Below, piece after piece: positions 46,726 to 52,843 of a DNA stretch of 64,000 nt; the stretch's first letter is position 1, and every line of letters begins with the position of its first letter. Source of the DNA: a virus. The notes beneath the pieces are model-generated. The model made no database searches. It worked only from the letters and a program-made list of their open reading frames with translations, and was not told the origin of the DNA. The stretch covers positions 32,001 through 96,000 of IMG/VR virus record IMGVR_UViG_3300036985_002246; one strand, written 5' to 3'. A program made the translations under genes and the position numbers.

Positions 46726-46786
46726 CTCAGTGGTAGAGCAACCGGTTCTTACCCGGTCGATCAGAGTTCGATTCTCTGCCGTCCCA
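46716..46786 (+). tRNA. tRNA-Lys(CTT)
   Basis: Arm accgg-ttcttac-ccggt. Confidence 0.9.
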
Positions 46787-46793
46787 CTCTTGA

Positions 46794-46864
46794 TCCGGGT
46801 TCGTCCAATGGCAGGACAGTCGCCTCTGGAGCGGCATATCGGGGTTCGAGTCCCTGACCCGGAA
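46794..46864 (+). tRNA. tRNA-Gln(CTG)
   Basis: Loop CTCTGGA. Confidence 0.9.
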
Positions 46865-46873
46865 CTGGTTCTG

Positions 46874-46893
46874 TGCTCTCTGACAACTGAATA
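46874..46893 (+). promoter_or_regulatory. rrn-type boxA-like antitermination motif
   Basis: TGCTCTCTGACAACTGAATA versus boxA consensus TGCTCTTTAACA. Confidence 0.45.
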
Positions 46894-46990
46894 GGACTTC
46901 TTCGAGGCGCTCCCCAAGAGCGCAGAGCGAGGACTCCCGTGCCCGGACGGCCCCCAAGGGCGGCGGACACGGGAGGGCCTCACTCACCAT

Positions 46991-47062
46991 TCCAGGATAG
47001 CTCAGTGGAAGAGCGCCCGGCTGTTAACCGGGTGGTCGCAGGTTCGACCCCTGCTCCTGGAG
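46991..47062 (+). tRNA. tRNA-Asn(GTT)
   Basis: Loop CTGTTAA. Confidence 0.92.
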
Positions 47063-47065
47063 CTA

Positions 47066-47133
47066 GGACGAATGCAAGCTGGGAGTACATTCTACTTTCA
47101 AGAAACCCACTCTCAGCGAACACCTTGTCGTCC
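47066..47133 (+). ncRNA. Y-RNA-like element Y2 (minimal)
   Basis: GGACGAATGC...GCTGGGAGTACA...CTCTCAGC...CTTGTCGTCC. Confidence 0.72.
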
Positions 47134-47146
47134 GACTACTTCCCAT

Positions 47147-47218
47147 AGGTCACGGTCAGGGTAACCGGGCGAGACTCCAAATCTTGCCGTCTGCGGGGTT
47201 CGAGTCCTCGGTGGCCTG
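47147..47218 (+). tRNA. tRNA-Trp(CCA)
   Basis: Loop CTCCAAA; atypical D arm. Confidence 0.75.
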
Positions 47219-47221
47219 CTA

Positions 47222-47356
47222 GGGCGAATGCTCGTGGGGACTACATCTCCAATCTGAAGGGGCTGCCGGAAGGCAGTCTCTCCAATCTGAAGGGGCTGCC
47301 GGAAGGTAGCCCTGGTCGTCGCAAGACGGCTCAGGTCCCCACACCTCTCGTCGCCT
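47222..47356 (+). ncRNA. Y-RNA-like element Y3 (33-nt internal duplication)
   Basis: GGGCGAATGCTCG-TGGGGACTACATC...GTCCCCAC...CTCTCGTCGCC. Confidence 0.78.
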
Positions 47357-47362
47357 GACTCT

Positions 47363-47433
47363 GCCGCGTGATGCGCTTGGAGCGCAGCCTCTCTGTCTAA
47401 GAGGTGAAAGGGGTTCGATTCCCCTACGTGGCG
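47363..47433 (+). tRNA. tRNA-Asp(GTC)
   Basis: Arm cctct-ctgtcta-agagg. Confidence 0.8.
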
Positions 47434-47443
47434 CTGATCCCAT

Positions 47444-47517
47444 GCAACGGTAGCTCAGTTGGTAGAGCACTTGGCTGAAGACCAGGGTGTCGTCGGTTCG
47501 ACTCCGACCCGTTTGCA
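47444..47517 (+). tRNA. tRNA-Phe(GAA)
   Basis: Loop CTGAAGA; one bulge in the acceptor stem. Confidence 0.85.
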
Positions 47518-47519
47518 CT

Positions 47520-47621
47520 ACGACGAATGCAGCCGAGACTACAAGCACTTGGTTGACTTCCTCGCCGCAAGGTGAGGTGGCCCGTTCGACTCGGGCAACG
47601 TCTCGGCGCTCTTGTCGTCGT
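47520..47621 (+). ncRNA. Y-RNA-like element Y4 (tetraloop hairpin plus T-arm)
   Basis: ACGACGAATGC-AGCCGAGACTACA...GTCTCGGC...CTTGTCGTCGT; internal gcccg-ttcgact-cgggc. Confidence 0.75.
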
Positions 47622-47624
47622 TCT

Positions 47625-47696
47625 CAGGGTGTAGCTCAGTGGAAGAGTGCCGCGTTTGGGGCGCGGAAGTCGCGGGTTCGACCCCCGCCACCCTGA
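47625..47696 (+). tRNA. tRNA-Pro(TGG)
   Basis: Loop TTTGGGG. Confidence 0.9.
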
Positions 47697-47698
47697 CT

Positions 47699-47823
47699 CG
47701 TGTGAATGCTCGATTGGGACTACATCAACTCATACATGATCATGCTGGGTTCGATTCCCAGACGCGCCTACTATGGCGCGTGCAAGGAAGCCTGAAAAAC
47801 GTCTCTTTCACTCTCGTCACACG
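47699..47823 (+). ncRNA. Y-RNA-like element Y5 (permuted tRNA-like module)
   Basis: CGTGTGAATGCTCG...GGGACTACATC; T-arm ctggg-ttcgatt-cccag then hairpin acgcgcc/ggcgcgt; 3' CTCTCGTCACACG. Confidence 0.75.
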
Positions 47824-47832
47824 TTCAATTTC

Positions 47833-47905
47833 GGGGCAGTAGCTCAGTTGGGAGAGTGTCCGCTTCGCACGCGGAAGGTCGGAGGTTCAACCCCTCTCTG
47901 CTCCA
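47833..47905 (+). tRNA. tRNA-Ala(CGC)
   Basis: Loop TTCGCAC. Confidence 0.9.
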
Positions 47906-47907
47906 CT

Positions 47908-47988
47908 GGTGGGAATACTCGACGGGGATTACATCTACTGAAACGGAACTGGGGCTCACGCCCCAATCTCTGTCACCCTTGTCCCACC
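47908..47988 (+). ncRNA. Y-RNA-like element Y6
   Basis: GGTGGGAATACTCG-ACGGGGATTACATC...TCTCTGTC...CTTGTCCCACC. Confidence 0.72.
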
Positions 47989-47991
47989 TAT

Positions 47992-48064
47992 GTCCCTGTC
48001 GGCTAGTTGGCTAGGCCGCTGCCCTCTCAAGGCGGAAACCGGGGTTCAAATCCCCGCAGGGACG
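47992..48064 (+). tRNA. tRNA-Glu(CTC)
   Basis: Loop CTCTCAA. Confidence 0.88.
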
Positions 48065-48074
48065 CTCAGTTCAT

Positions 48075-48147
48075 GTCTTCGTAGCTCAGTGGATAGAGCA
48101 GGCGTTTCCTAAACGCAAGATCGGAGGTTCGAGTCCTCCCGGAGACG
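48075..48147 (+). tRNA. tRNA-Arg(CCT)
   Basis: Loop TTCCTAA. Confidence 0.9.
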
Positions 48148-48150
48148 CTA

Positions 48151-48281
48151 GGGCGAATACTCGTGGGGACTACATCAACCAGTGGGTCGGTGGTTCGAGT
48201 CCACCTCCTCGTCGAAAGGCGAGGGTAGCTCAGTTGGTAGAGCAACCGGCAACCAAACGGTCTCCACACTTCTCGTCGCCC
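48151..48281 (+). ncRNA. Y RNA (YrlA-like) Y7 with circularly permuted tRNA domain
   Basis: GGGCGAATACTCG...; T-arm ggtgg-ttcgagt-ccacc, acceptor-like hairpin closed by GAAA, D-arm gctc-agttggta-gagc; 3' CTCGTCGCCC. Confidence 0.85.
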
Positions 48282-48290
48282 GACTTCTAT

Positions 48291-48366
48291 GGTGGCTGTA
48301 GCTCAACGGAAGAGCGCCCGGCTGTGAACCGGGTTACGGAGGGTTCAACTCCCCCCAGTCACCCCA
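48291..48366 (+). tRNA. tRNA-His(GTG)
   Basis: Loop CTGTGAA, G-1 and CCA encoded. Confidence 0.9.
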
Positions 48367-48373
48367 ATCTCCC

Positions 48374-48447
48374 CGGCGCGTAGCTCAATGGTCTGAGCAC
48401 TCGGCTGATAACCGAGAGAGTGGTAGGTTCGATTCCTCCCGCGCCGA
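48374..48447 (+). tRNA. tRNA-Ile(GAT)
   Basis: Loop CTGATAA. Confidence 0.9.
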
Positions 48448-48453
48448 CTGATT

Positions 48454-48525
48454 CGTCCAGTAGCTCAGCGGGAGAGCGCCGTCTCGACAAGGCGGAGGCC
48501 GTGGGTTCGACACCCACCTGGACGA
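48454..48525 (+). tRNA. tRNA-Val(GAC)
   Basis: Loop TCGACAA. Confidence 0.88.
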
Positions 48526-48541
48526 CTGCTAGAGTACTGAT

Positions 48542-48616
48542 TGCGGGATGGGGGAGTCTGGTCTACCCCGTCGGCCTCATAAGCCGGAGACACAGGTTCA
48601 AATCCTGTTCCCGCAC
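48542..48616 (+). tRNA. tRNA-Met(CAT), initiator-like
   Basis: Loop CTCATAA; T-loop TTCAAAT. Confidence 0.8.
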
Positions 48617-48681
48617 CTACGCCGGATTCCCACCTCCAGGGTGCCCAGGGAATGGGAGCACCACCCTGGGGGTCCGGCACC

Positions 48682-48778
48682 ACTTCACCGTCACCTGTCC
48701 GAGACGCCTCCACAGCGGGCGGTAAGGTAGACGAGTCTGGTCTCCGGTTCGAGTCCGGCGCGCAGGTGGTGGTGAAGT
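48682..48778 (+). ncRNA. unclassified structured RNA with T-loop
   Basis: 16-bp terminal stem acttcaccgtcacctg/caggtggtggtgaagt enclosing ccgg-ttcgagt-ccgg. Confidence 0.55.
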
Positions 48779-48780
48779 TC

Positions 48781-48853
48781 GGGCTGGTAGCTCAGTTGGG
48801 AGAGCGCCTCCATGGCATGGAGGAGGTCAGGGGTTCGATTCCCCTCCGGTCCA
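48781..48853 (+). tRNA. tRNA-Ala(GGC)
   Basis: Loop ATGGCAT. Confidence 0.9.
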
Positions 48854-48862
48854 CTGGTTCAT

Positions 48863-48938
48863 GGGGACGTAGCTCAGTTGGGAGAGCGCGGGCTTTGCAA
48901 GCCTGAGGTCGCAGGTTCAATCCCTGTCGTCTCCACCA
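48863..48938 (+). tRNA. tRNA-Ala(TGC)
   Basis: Loop TTTGCAA; CCA encoded. Confidence 0.92.
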
Positions 48939-48939
48939 T

Positions 48940-49012
48940 GCCTTCGTAGCTCAGTTGGAAGAGCACTCCCCCGGTACGGGAGAGGTCGTCGGTTCGACCC
49001 CGACCGAAGGCT
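48940..49012 (+). tRNA. tRNA-Thr(GGT)
   Basis: Arm ctccc-ccggtac-gggag. Confidence 0.85.
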
Positions 49013-49021
49013 CTAGTTCAT

Positions 49022-49092
49022 GCGGGCATGGTCAAGTGGCTTGGCCTCGGGCTTCCAACCCGAAGACGCGAGTTCGATTCTCGCTGCCCGCT
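49022..49092 (+). tRNA. tRNA-Gly(TCC)
   Basis: Loop CTTCCAA. Confidence 0.88.
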
Positions 49093-49106
49093 CTCAGATT
49101 GGTCTT

Positions 49107-49178
49107 GCGGGTGTGGCTCAGTGGTAGAGCATCAGCTTCCCATGCTGAACGTCGTGGGTTCGACTCCCATCACCCGCT
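49107..49178 (+). tRNA. tRNA-Gly(CCC)
   Basis: Loop TTCCCAT. Confidence 0.9.
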
Positions 49179-49187
49179 CTGATTCGT

Positions 49188-49253
49188 GAGCCGAATACTC
49201 GGTCGGGAGTACATCTTTTGGTGATACCCCTCTCGATCAATCCTCGTCGGCTC
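49188..49253 (+). ncRNA. Y-RNA-like element Y8 (minimal)
   Basis: GAGCCGAATACTCG-GTCGGGAGTACATC...CTCTCGATC...CTCGTCGGCTC. Confidence 0.75.
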
Positions 49254-49256
49254 TTT

Positions 49257-49328
49257 GACGCGGTCCTCCCGGCTGGAGGCAACAGATTGCAACCCTGTTT
49301 GAGGTGAGTTCAACTCTCACCCGCGTCT
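49257..49328 (+). tRNA. tRNA-Cys(GCA)
   Basis: Loop TTGCAAC. Confidence 0.82.
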
Positions 49329-49332
49329 CTAT

Positions 49333-49405
49333 GTCCCCGTAGCTCAGTCGGAAGAGCGGTGGCCTTCTAAGCCGCTGGTCGGGGGTTCAACTCCCTCCGG
49401 GGACG
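49333..49405 (+). tRNA. tRNA-Arg(TCT)
   Basis: Loop CTTCTAA. Confidence 0.9.
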
Positions 49406-49410
49406 CTGAG

Positions 49411-49527
49411 TCGGTTGAGAGGTGGGGCGGCGAGTACGCCGAAGTCATGTCGCGATAGGCAGGCGAGTAGGGACGATGCGGTGCGCGATCTGCGTCCATC
49501 CCGTTCTCGCCCTCACCTCTGAGCCGA
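49411..49527 (+). ncRNA. unclassified structured RNA
   Basis: tcggtt/agccga and agaggtgggg/cctcacctct stems enclosing cggcg-agta-cgccg and ggcgag/ctcgcc. Confidence 0.45.
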
Positions 49528-49540
49528 TTGGGTTTGTCAC

Positions 49541-49613
49541 GTCCGCGTAGTGAAACTGGATATCACGCATCTCTACGAAAGATGTAATGGGGGTTCGAGT
49601 CCCTCCGTGGACG
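49541..49613 (+). tRNA. tRNA-Arg(ACG)
   Basis: Loop CTACGAA. Confidence 0.9.
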
Positions 49614-49619
49614 CTATCT

Positions 49620-49692
49620 GTCTCCATAGTGAAATTGGACATCACGCTTCCCTCCGAAGGAAGTGATGGAGGTTCGAGTCCTCCTGGAGACG
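49620..49692 (+). tRNA. tRNA-Arg(CCG)
   Basis: Loop CTCCGAA. Confidence 0.9.
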
Positions 49693-49698
49693 CTATCT

Positions 49699-49772
49699 TC
49701 CCACCGACCAGCGGGTCTGGAGACGCGCCTCATAAGCGTGCTCGCGTGCGGTTCGAGTCCGCCCGGTGGGAC
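49699..49772 (+). tRNA. tRNA-Met/Ile2(CAT)
   Basis: Loop CTCATAA; atypical D arm. Confidence 0.7.
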
Positions 49773-49779
49773 TGTTTCT

Positions 49780-49853
49780 CGGGGTGTAGCTCAGTCTGGC
49801 AGAGCGCCCGGTTCGGGACCGGGAGGCCGCAGGTTCAAATCCTGTCACCCCGA
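49780..49853 (+). tRNA. tRNA-Pro(CGG)
   Basis: Loop TTCGGGA. Confidence 0.92.
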
Positions 49854-49862
49854 CTACGACAT

Positions 49863-49936
49863 GGGACGGTAGTTCAATCGGTCAGAACTCCCGGCTCATA
49901 ACCGGGCCGGTGGGGGTTCAAATCCCTCCCGTCCTA
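49863..49936 (+). tRNA. tRNA-Met/Ile2(CAT)
   Basis: Arm cccgg-ctcataa-ccggg. Confidence 0.85.
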
Positions 49937-49945
49937 CTGCAACTT

Positions 49946-50017
49946 GCCCGGTTAGCTCAGCGGCAGAGCGGCGGCCTTACAAGCCGTAGGTCGAGGTCTC
50001 GGAATCCTCACCGGGCA
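49946..50017 (+). tRNA. tRNA-Val(TAC)
   Basis: Loop CTTACAA; non-canonical T-loop. Confidence 0.8.
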
Positions 50018-50085
50018 CTACCGGACGGGGTCTGCCCTGGGAACTCCTCAGGGCAGACCTCGATCTTGGACTCAGGTTCGTTCTC

Positions 50086-50168
50086 GGGGGTGTGGCGGAA
50101 TGGCAGACGCGCCAGACTAAGGATCTGGTGGTAGAAATACCGTGGGGGTTCGACTCCCCCCACCCCCA
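50086..50168 (+). tRNA. tRNA-Leu(AAG)
   Basis: Arm ccaga-ctaagga-tctgg, long variable arm. Confidence 0.85.
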
Positions 50169-50184
50169 CAACTTTGCAGCCCCT

Positions 50185-50271
50185 GCCGGGGTGGTGGAAC
50201 TAGGCAGACACACTGGACTCAGAATCCAGCGGCCCTTCGTGGCCATGAGGGTTCGATTCCCTCTCCCGGCA
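50185..50271 (+). tRNA. tRNA-Leu(CAG)
   Basis: Loop CTCAGAA. Confidence 0.9.
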
Positions 50272-50287
50272 CTCAGTTTCGTGGTAT

Positions 50288-50373
50288 GCGGGTGTGGCGG
50301 AATGGCAGACGCACCGGCTTCAAACCCCGGCGGGGTAACACCCATGAGGGTTCGACTCCCTCCGCCCGCACCA
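50288..50373 (+). tRNA. tRNA-Leu(CAA)
   Basis: Loop TTCAAAC; CCA encoded. Confidence 0.85.
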
Positions 50374-50436
50374 ATCTTTCGCTGTCAGCTTCCCAACCCT
50401 CCAACGTCTTCAACCCAAAGGAAAGGCAGGTAGACC

Positions 50437-50967
50437 GTGTTGCAAACACTCGTTCTGGACCAGGGCTACCAGCCTCACCGCATTGTGAGTTGGCAGCGTG
50501 CGGTGTGTATGTGGTGGGAGGGGAAGTGCGAGGTCGTCGAGGAGTACGACGACGACATTCGCAGCGTGACCCTCACGATCAAGATGCCCGCCGTCGTCCG
50601 CCTCCTCCACCGGGTTCGGGGGAAGAAGCAGGCCGTCAAGTTCTCCCGGATCAACGTCGCGACCAGGGACAAGTTCACCTGTCAGTACTGCGGGCTGAAG
50701 CTCCCCCTCTCGAAGCTCACCTACGACCACGTCGTGCCTCGCTCTCACGGAGGCCGGACGGTCTGGGAGAACATTGTCATGGCGTGCTACCCTTGCAACG
50801 AGGCGAAGGCCAACCGCACCCCGGCTCAGGCAAAGATGCCCCTCCGCAAGGTGCCGGTGAAGCCTGAGCACCTCCCAGTCGTGACCATGCGGTTCTCGGT
50901 CGCGAGCGTCCCCGACGCCTGGGTCTCGTATATCTACTGGAATGGTGCCCTCGACGAGGGCTCCTGA
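50437..50967 (+). CDS. HNH endonuclease (McrA/HNH_5-like)
   Basis: RDKFTCQYCG...TYDHVVPRSHGG...WENIV.AC.PCN..K. Confidence 0.92.
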   Translation: MLQTLVLDQGYQPHRIVSWQRAVCMWWEGKCEVVEEYDDDIRSVTLTIKMPAVVRLLHRVRGKKQAVKFSRINVATRDKFTCQYCGLKLPLSKLTYDHVVPRSHGGRTVWENIVMACYPCNEAKANRTPAQAKMPLRKVPVKPEHLPVVTMRFSVASVPDAWVSYIYWNGALDEGS

Positions 50968-50980
50968 TCCGGTAGGGAAA

Positions 50981-51023
50981 TCCCCGCCGACGCTGGACGC
51001 CGAACTTCCGGCGTCGGCGGGGA
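50981..51023. terminator. long hairpin between convergent HNH genes
   Basis: tccccgccgacgctgga/tccggcgtcggcgggga. Confidence 0.6.
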
Positions 51024-51131
51024 CTCCAACTCAATCTTCCGGACGACCTCTGGGTCGGCAAATGCACGGGCGGGGCGGCGTCCGTGGGAAGAAACGATCG
51101 CCAGGTGACTGGTGGTCCGACCCGCCCTCTC

Positions 51132-51644
51132 TCATGTCCCGCGTCTCTTCGTTCGCTTGCGGTGACAGTTGGAGCAAACCAGTTCGCACTTCGCGAGTTC
51201 TTCGCAGATGCGTTCCCAGCTTCTCTTCATCATGATCGACCAATCCATCTTCTTGTCATAGAGGTGGTCGAAGTCGTAGATGACCGGATCATCCACACGG
51301 TCGCAATCGGTGCATTTCCCTCCGAGGTGGGCGACGGCGCGGATCTTGACGGCTCGGTTCTTCTCGTTGCCAAGTTCGTTTTGGCAAGGCTTGCAGTAAG
51401 ATTGCAGTTCTGTGCGTGTCTTGTTCCGCCAACGGAAGCTCTGACTTTCCTTGACGGTTTTGCACTTGCTGCATTGTTTGGGTGGGAAGTTCTGGTACTC
51501 CGACGCCATTCGTACCAGTCGATTCCGGTAGCACGTTGCCCCACAGAACCTAGACCCAGCGGATCGATTCCGGTTTTTCTTGGCGCGGAGATCAAAAGGC
51601 AGCAAGCACGTCTCGCAGACATGACTCTCGTTAGGTGTGCCCAT
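51132..51644 (-). CDS. HNH endonuclease (same family as 46300..46725)
   Basis: CSKC, YCKPC, CTDC...YDFDH...KCELVCSNCHRKRT; visibly more AT-rich. Confidence 0.88.
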   Translation of the reverse strand: MGTPNESHVCETCLLPFDLRAKKNRNRSAGSRFCGATCYRNRLVRMASEYQNFPPKQCSKCKTVKESQSFRWRNKTRTELQSYCKPCQNELGNEKNRAVKIRAVAHLGGKCTDCDRVDDPVIYDFDHLYDKKMDWSIMMKRSWERICEELAKCELVCSNCHRKRTKRRGT

Positions 51645-51711
51645 ACCCTAACGAGAGGTATAGACTGAAAGTGGACTTCTGGTCAATCTTCGGGTTGGCT
51701 CACGGGCGGCA

Positions 51712-51793
51712 CCGAGCAGCGCCCGTACTGCGAACGGACCGGTCCGTTCGGAGGAGAGACAGTGGGGAGGACGCTCCCCTCAGTTCTGCTCGG
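51712..51793 (+). ncRNA. unclassified structured element
   Basis: ccgagcag/ctgctcgg closing stem; perfect 20-bp palindrome cgaacggaccggtccgttcg at 51731-51750. Confidence 0.35.
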
Positions 51794-51798
51794 ACTAT

Positions 51799-51873
51799 CG
51801 GGGTGTGGCTCAACCTGGTTAGAGCACTCGCCTGGGGGGCGAGGGACTGCTGGTTCAAATCCAGTCACCCCGA
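51799..51873 (+). tRNA. tRNA-Pro(GGG)
   Basis: Loop CTGGGGG. Confidence 0.9.
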
Positions 51874-51930
51874 CTAGGGCCATGGCCCGAAGGTTCGTGA
51901 GGCTTGGAGTCCGTGGCTAGGAGGCCACGC

Positions 51931-52008
51931 TTCGTTGCCGTCGTGAGAGTGCGTGGAGCACGCCTGGCAAGATCCAGGAGGTCTGGTTCAACTCCGGATA
52001 GCGACGAA
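51931..52008 (+). pseudogene. degenerate tRNA-like element
   Basis: D-like gtgc/gcac, cctgg-caagat-ccagg (6-nt loop), T-loop TTCAACT. Confidence 0.45.
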
Positions 52009-52053
52009 CGACGTTGAGGTGTGTGCAACACGCCAGGCTGAGCGAACTGTCTT

Positions 52054-52138
52054 GGAAGGTGACCCGGTCAGGGACCGGCCTCGGTTGCTAACCGAAGGGC
52101 ACCCGCAAGGGTGTGGGGATCGATACCTCCTCCTTCCG
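52054..52138 (+). tRNA. tRNA-Ser(GCT)
   Basis: Loop TTGCTAA, long variable arm. Confidence 0.85.
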
Positions 52139-52146
52139 CTGTGAAT

Positions 52147-52232
52147 GGAAGCTGAATCGGTGACGGCACCGAGCCTGCCTCGAAAGCAGTGCGCGCCTGC
52201 AAGGGCGTGGGGGTCGGGTCCTCCTGCTTCCG
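52147..52232 (+). tRNA. tRNA-Ser(CGA)
   Basis: Loop CTCGAAA. Confidence 0.82.
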
Positions 52233-52236
52233 CTAT

Positions 52237-52360
52237 GAGTCGTGCTTGGTGCTGGGGAAGCTAGCTCCCGCCTTCGGGTTCGATTCCCGACGGGTGTGAC
52301 GAATGGGGTCATGCCTAGAACTGGCAAGGAAGAGGGTTCGATCCCCTCGCGACTCACCCA
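52237..52360 (+). ncRNA. tRNA-like RNA with two T-arms
   Basis: Acceptor gagtcgt/gcgactc plus ACCCA; T-arms tcggg-ttcgatt-cccga and gaggg-ttcgatc-ccctc. Confidence 0.55.
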
Positions 52361-52364
52361 ACTT

Positions 52365-52447
52365 GGAAGACGAATCAGCCAGGGGCTGAGCCCGCCTTGA
52401 AAGCGGTGCGGTCCGAAAGGACTGGGGATCGGGACCTCCGTCTTCCG
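52365..52447 (+). tRNA. tRNA-Ser(TGA)
   Basis: Loop CTTGAAA. Confidence 0.85.
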
Positions 52448-52460
52448 CTGCGGTCTGCTT

Positions 52461-52545
52461 GGAAGGTGAACCGGTCCGGGATCGGCCCCGCTTGGAAAGC
52501 GGTGGGTGCCTGCAAGGGCATGGGGTTCAACTCCCTCTCCTTCCG
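52461..52545 (+). tRNA. tRNA-Ser(GGA)
   Basis: Loop TTGGAAA. Confidence 0.88.
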
Positions 52546-52710
52546 CTACACGAGACTCAGGCGGGTTGCTGTCGAGCCTCTACGTCGGTGCGGCGGGAAC
52601 TGATCAGCCTGCGGAGCCGTCGCGGACAACGCTTCTAAGCAAGGCGTTTGGCACTGGTTCGCAAACAGACCCATGGGTTCATGGCCTGTGGTGCTGGGGT
52701 CTCGTGTTTT

Positions 52711-52782
52711 GCGGGTGTAGCTCAGTGGTAGAGCAGTGCGTTGCCAACGCAAAGATCGCTGGTTCGATCCCAGTCACCCGCT
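52711..52782 (+). tRNA. tRNA-Gly(GCC)
   Basis: Loop TTGCCAA. Confidence 0.9.
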
Positions 52783-52843
52783 CTCAATCTCGAAGGAGTC
52801 CCGCTCAGTTTTCAGAGCCCAGAGCGTAAGGGAGGGTATCACC

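Noticed and set aside
46212-46786. Group I intron splitting tRNA-Lys
   Set aside because: No 3' half complementary to the accgtcg acceptor exists downstream, the downstream tRNA is complete by itself, and no intron core was recognisable.
47246-47311. Direct repeats as a possible CRISPR array (also the 39-bp repeat at 44823 and the Y-family motifs)
   Set aside because: The repeats are tandem without unique spacers, or dispersed and divergent; no cas genes are seen.
52237-52300. Amber suppressor tRNA (CTA in a 7-nt loop)
   Set aside because: The loop lacks U33, there is no proper D-arm or matching acceptor for that sub-unit, and genes in the window end normally at TAG.
52550-52705. Possible further ncRNA between tRNA-Ser(GGA) and tRNA-Gly(GCC)
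   Set aside because: Only short scattered hairpins were found by eye, with no closing stem or family motif.
45901-52829. Short ORFs from the track overlapping tRNA genes
   Set aside because: They overlap well-formed tRNA or ncRNA genes and lack RBS or protein motifs; only the three HNH ORFs were kept.
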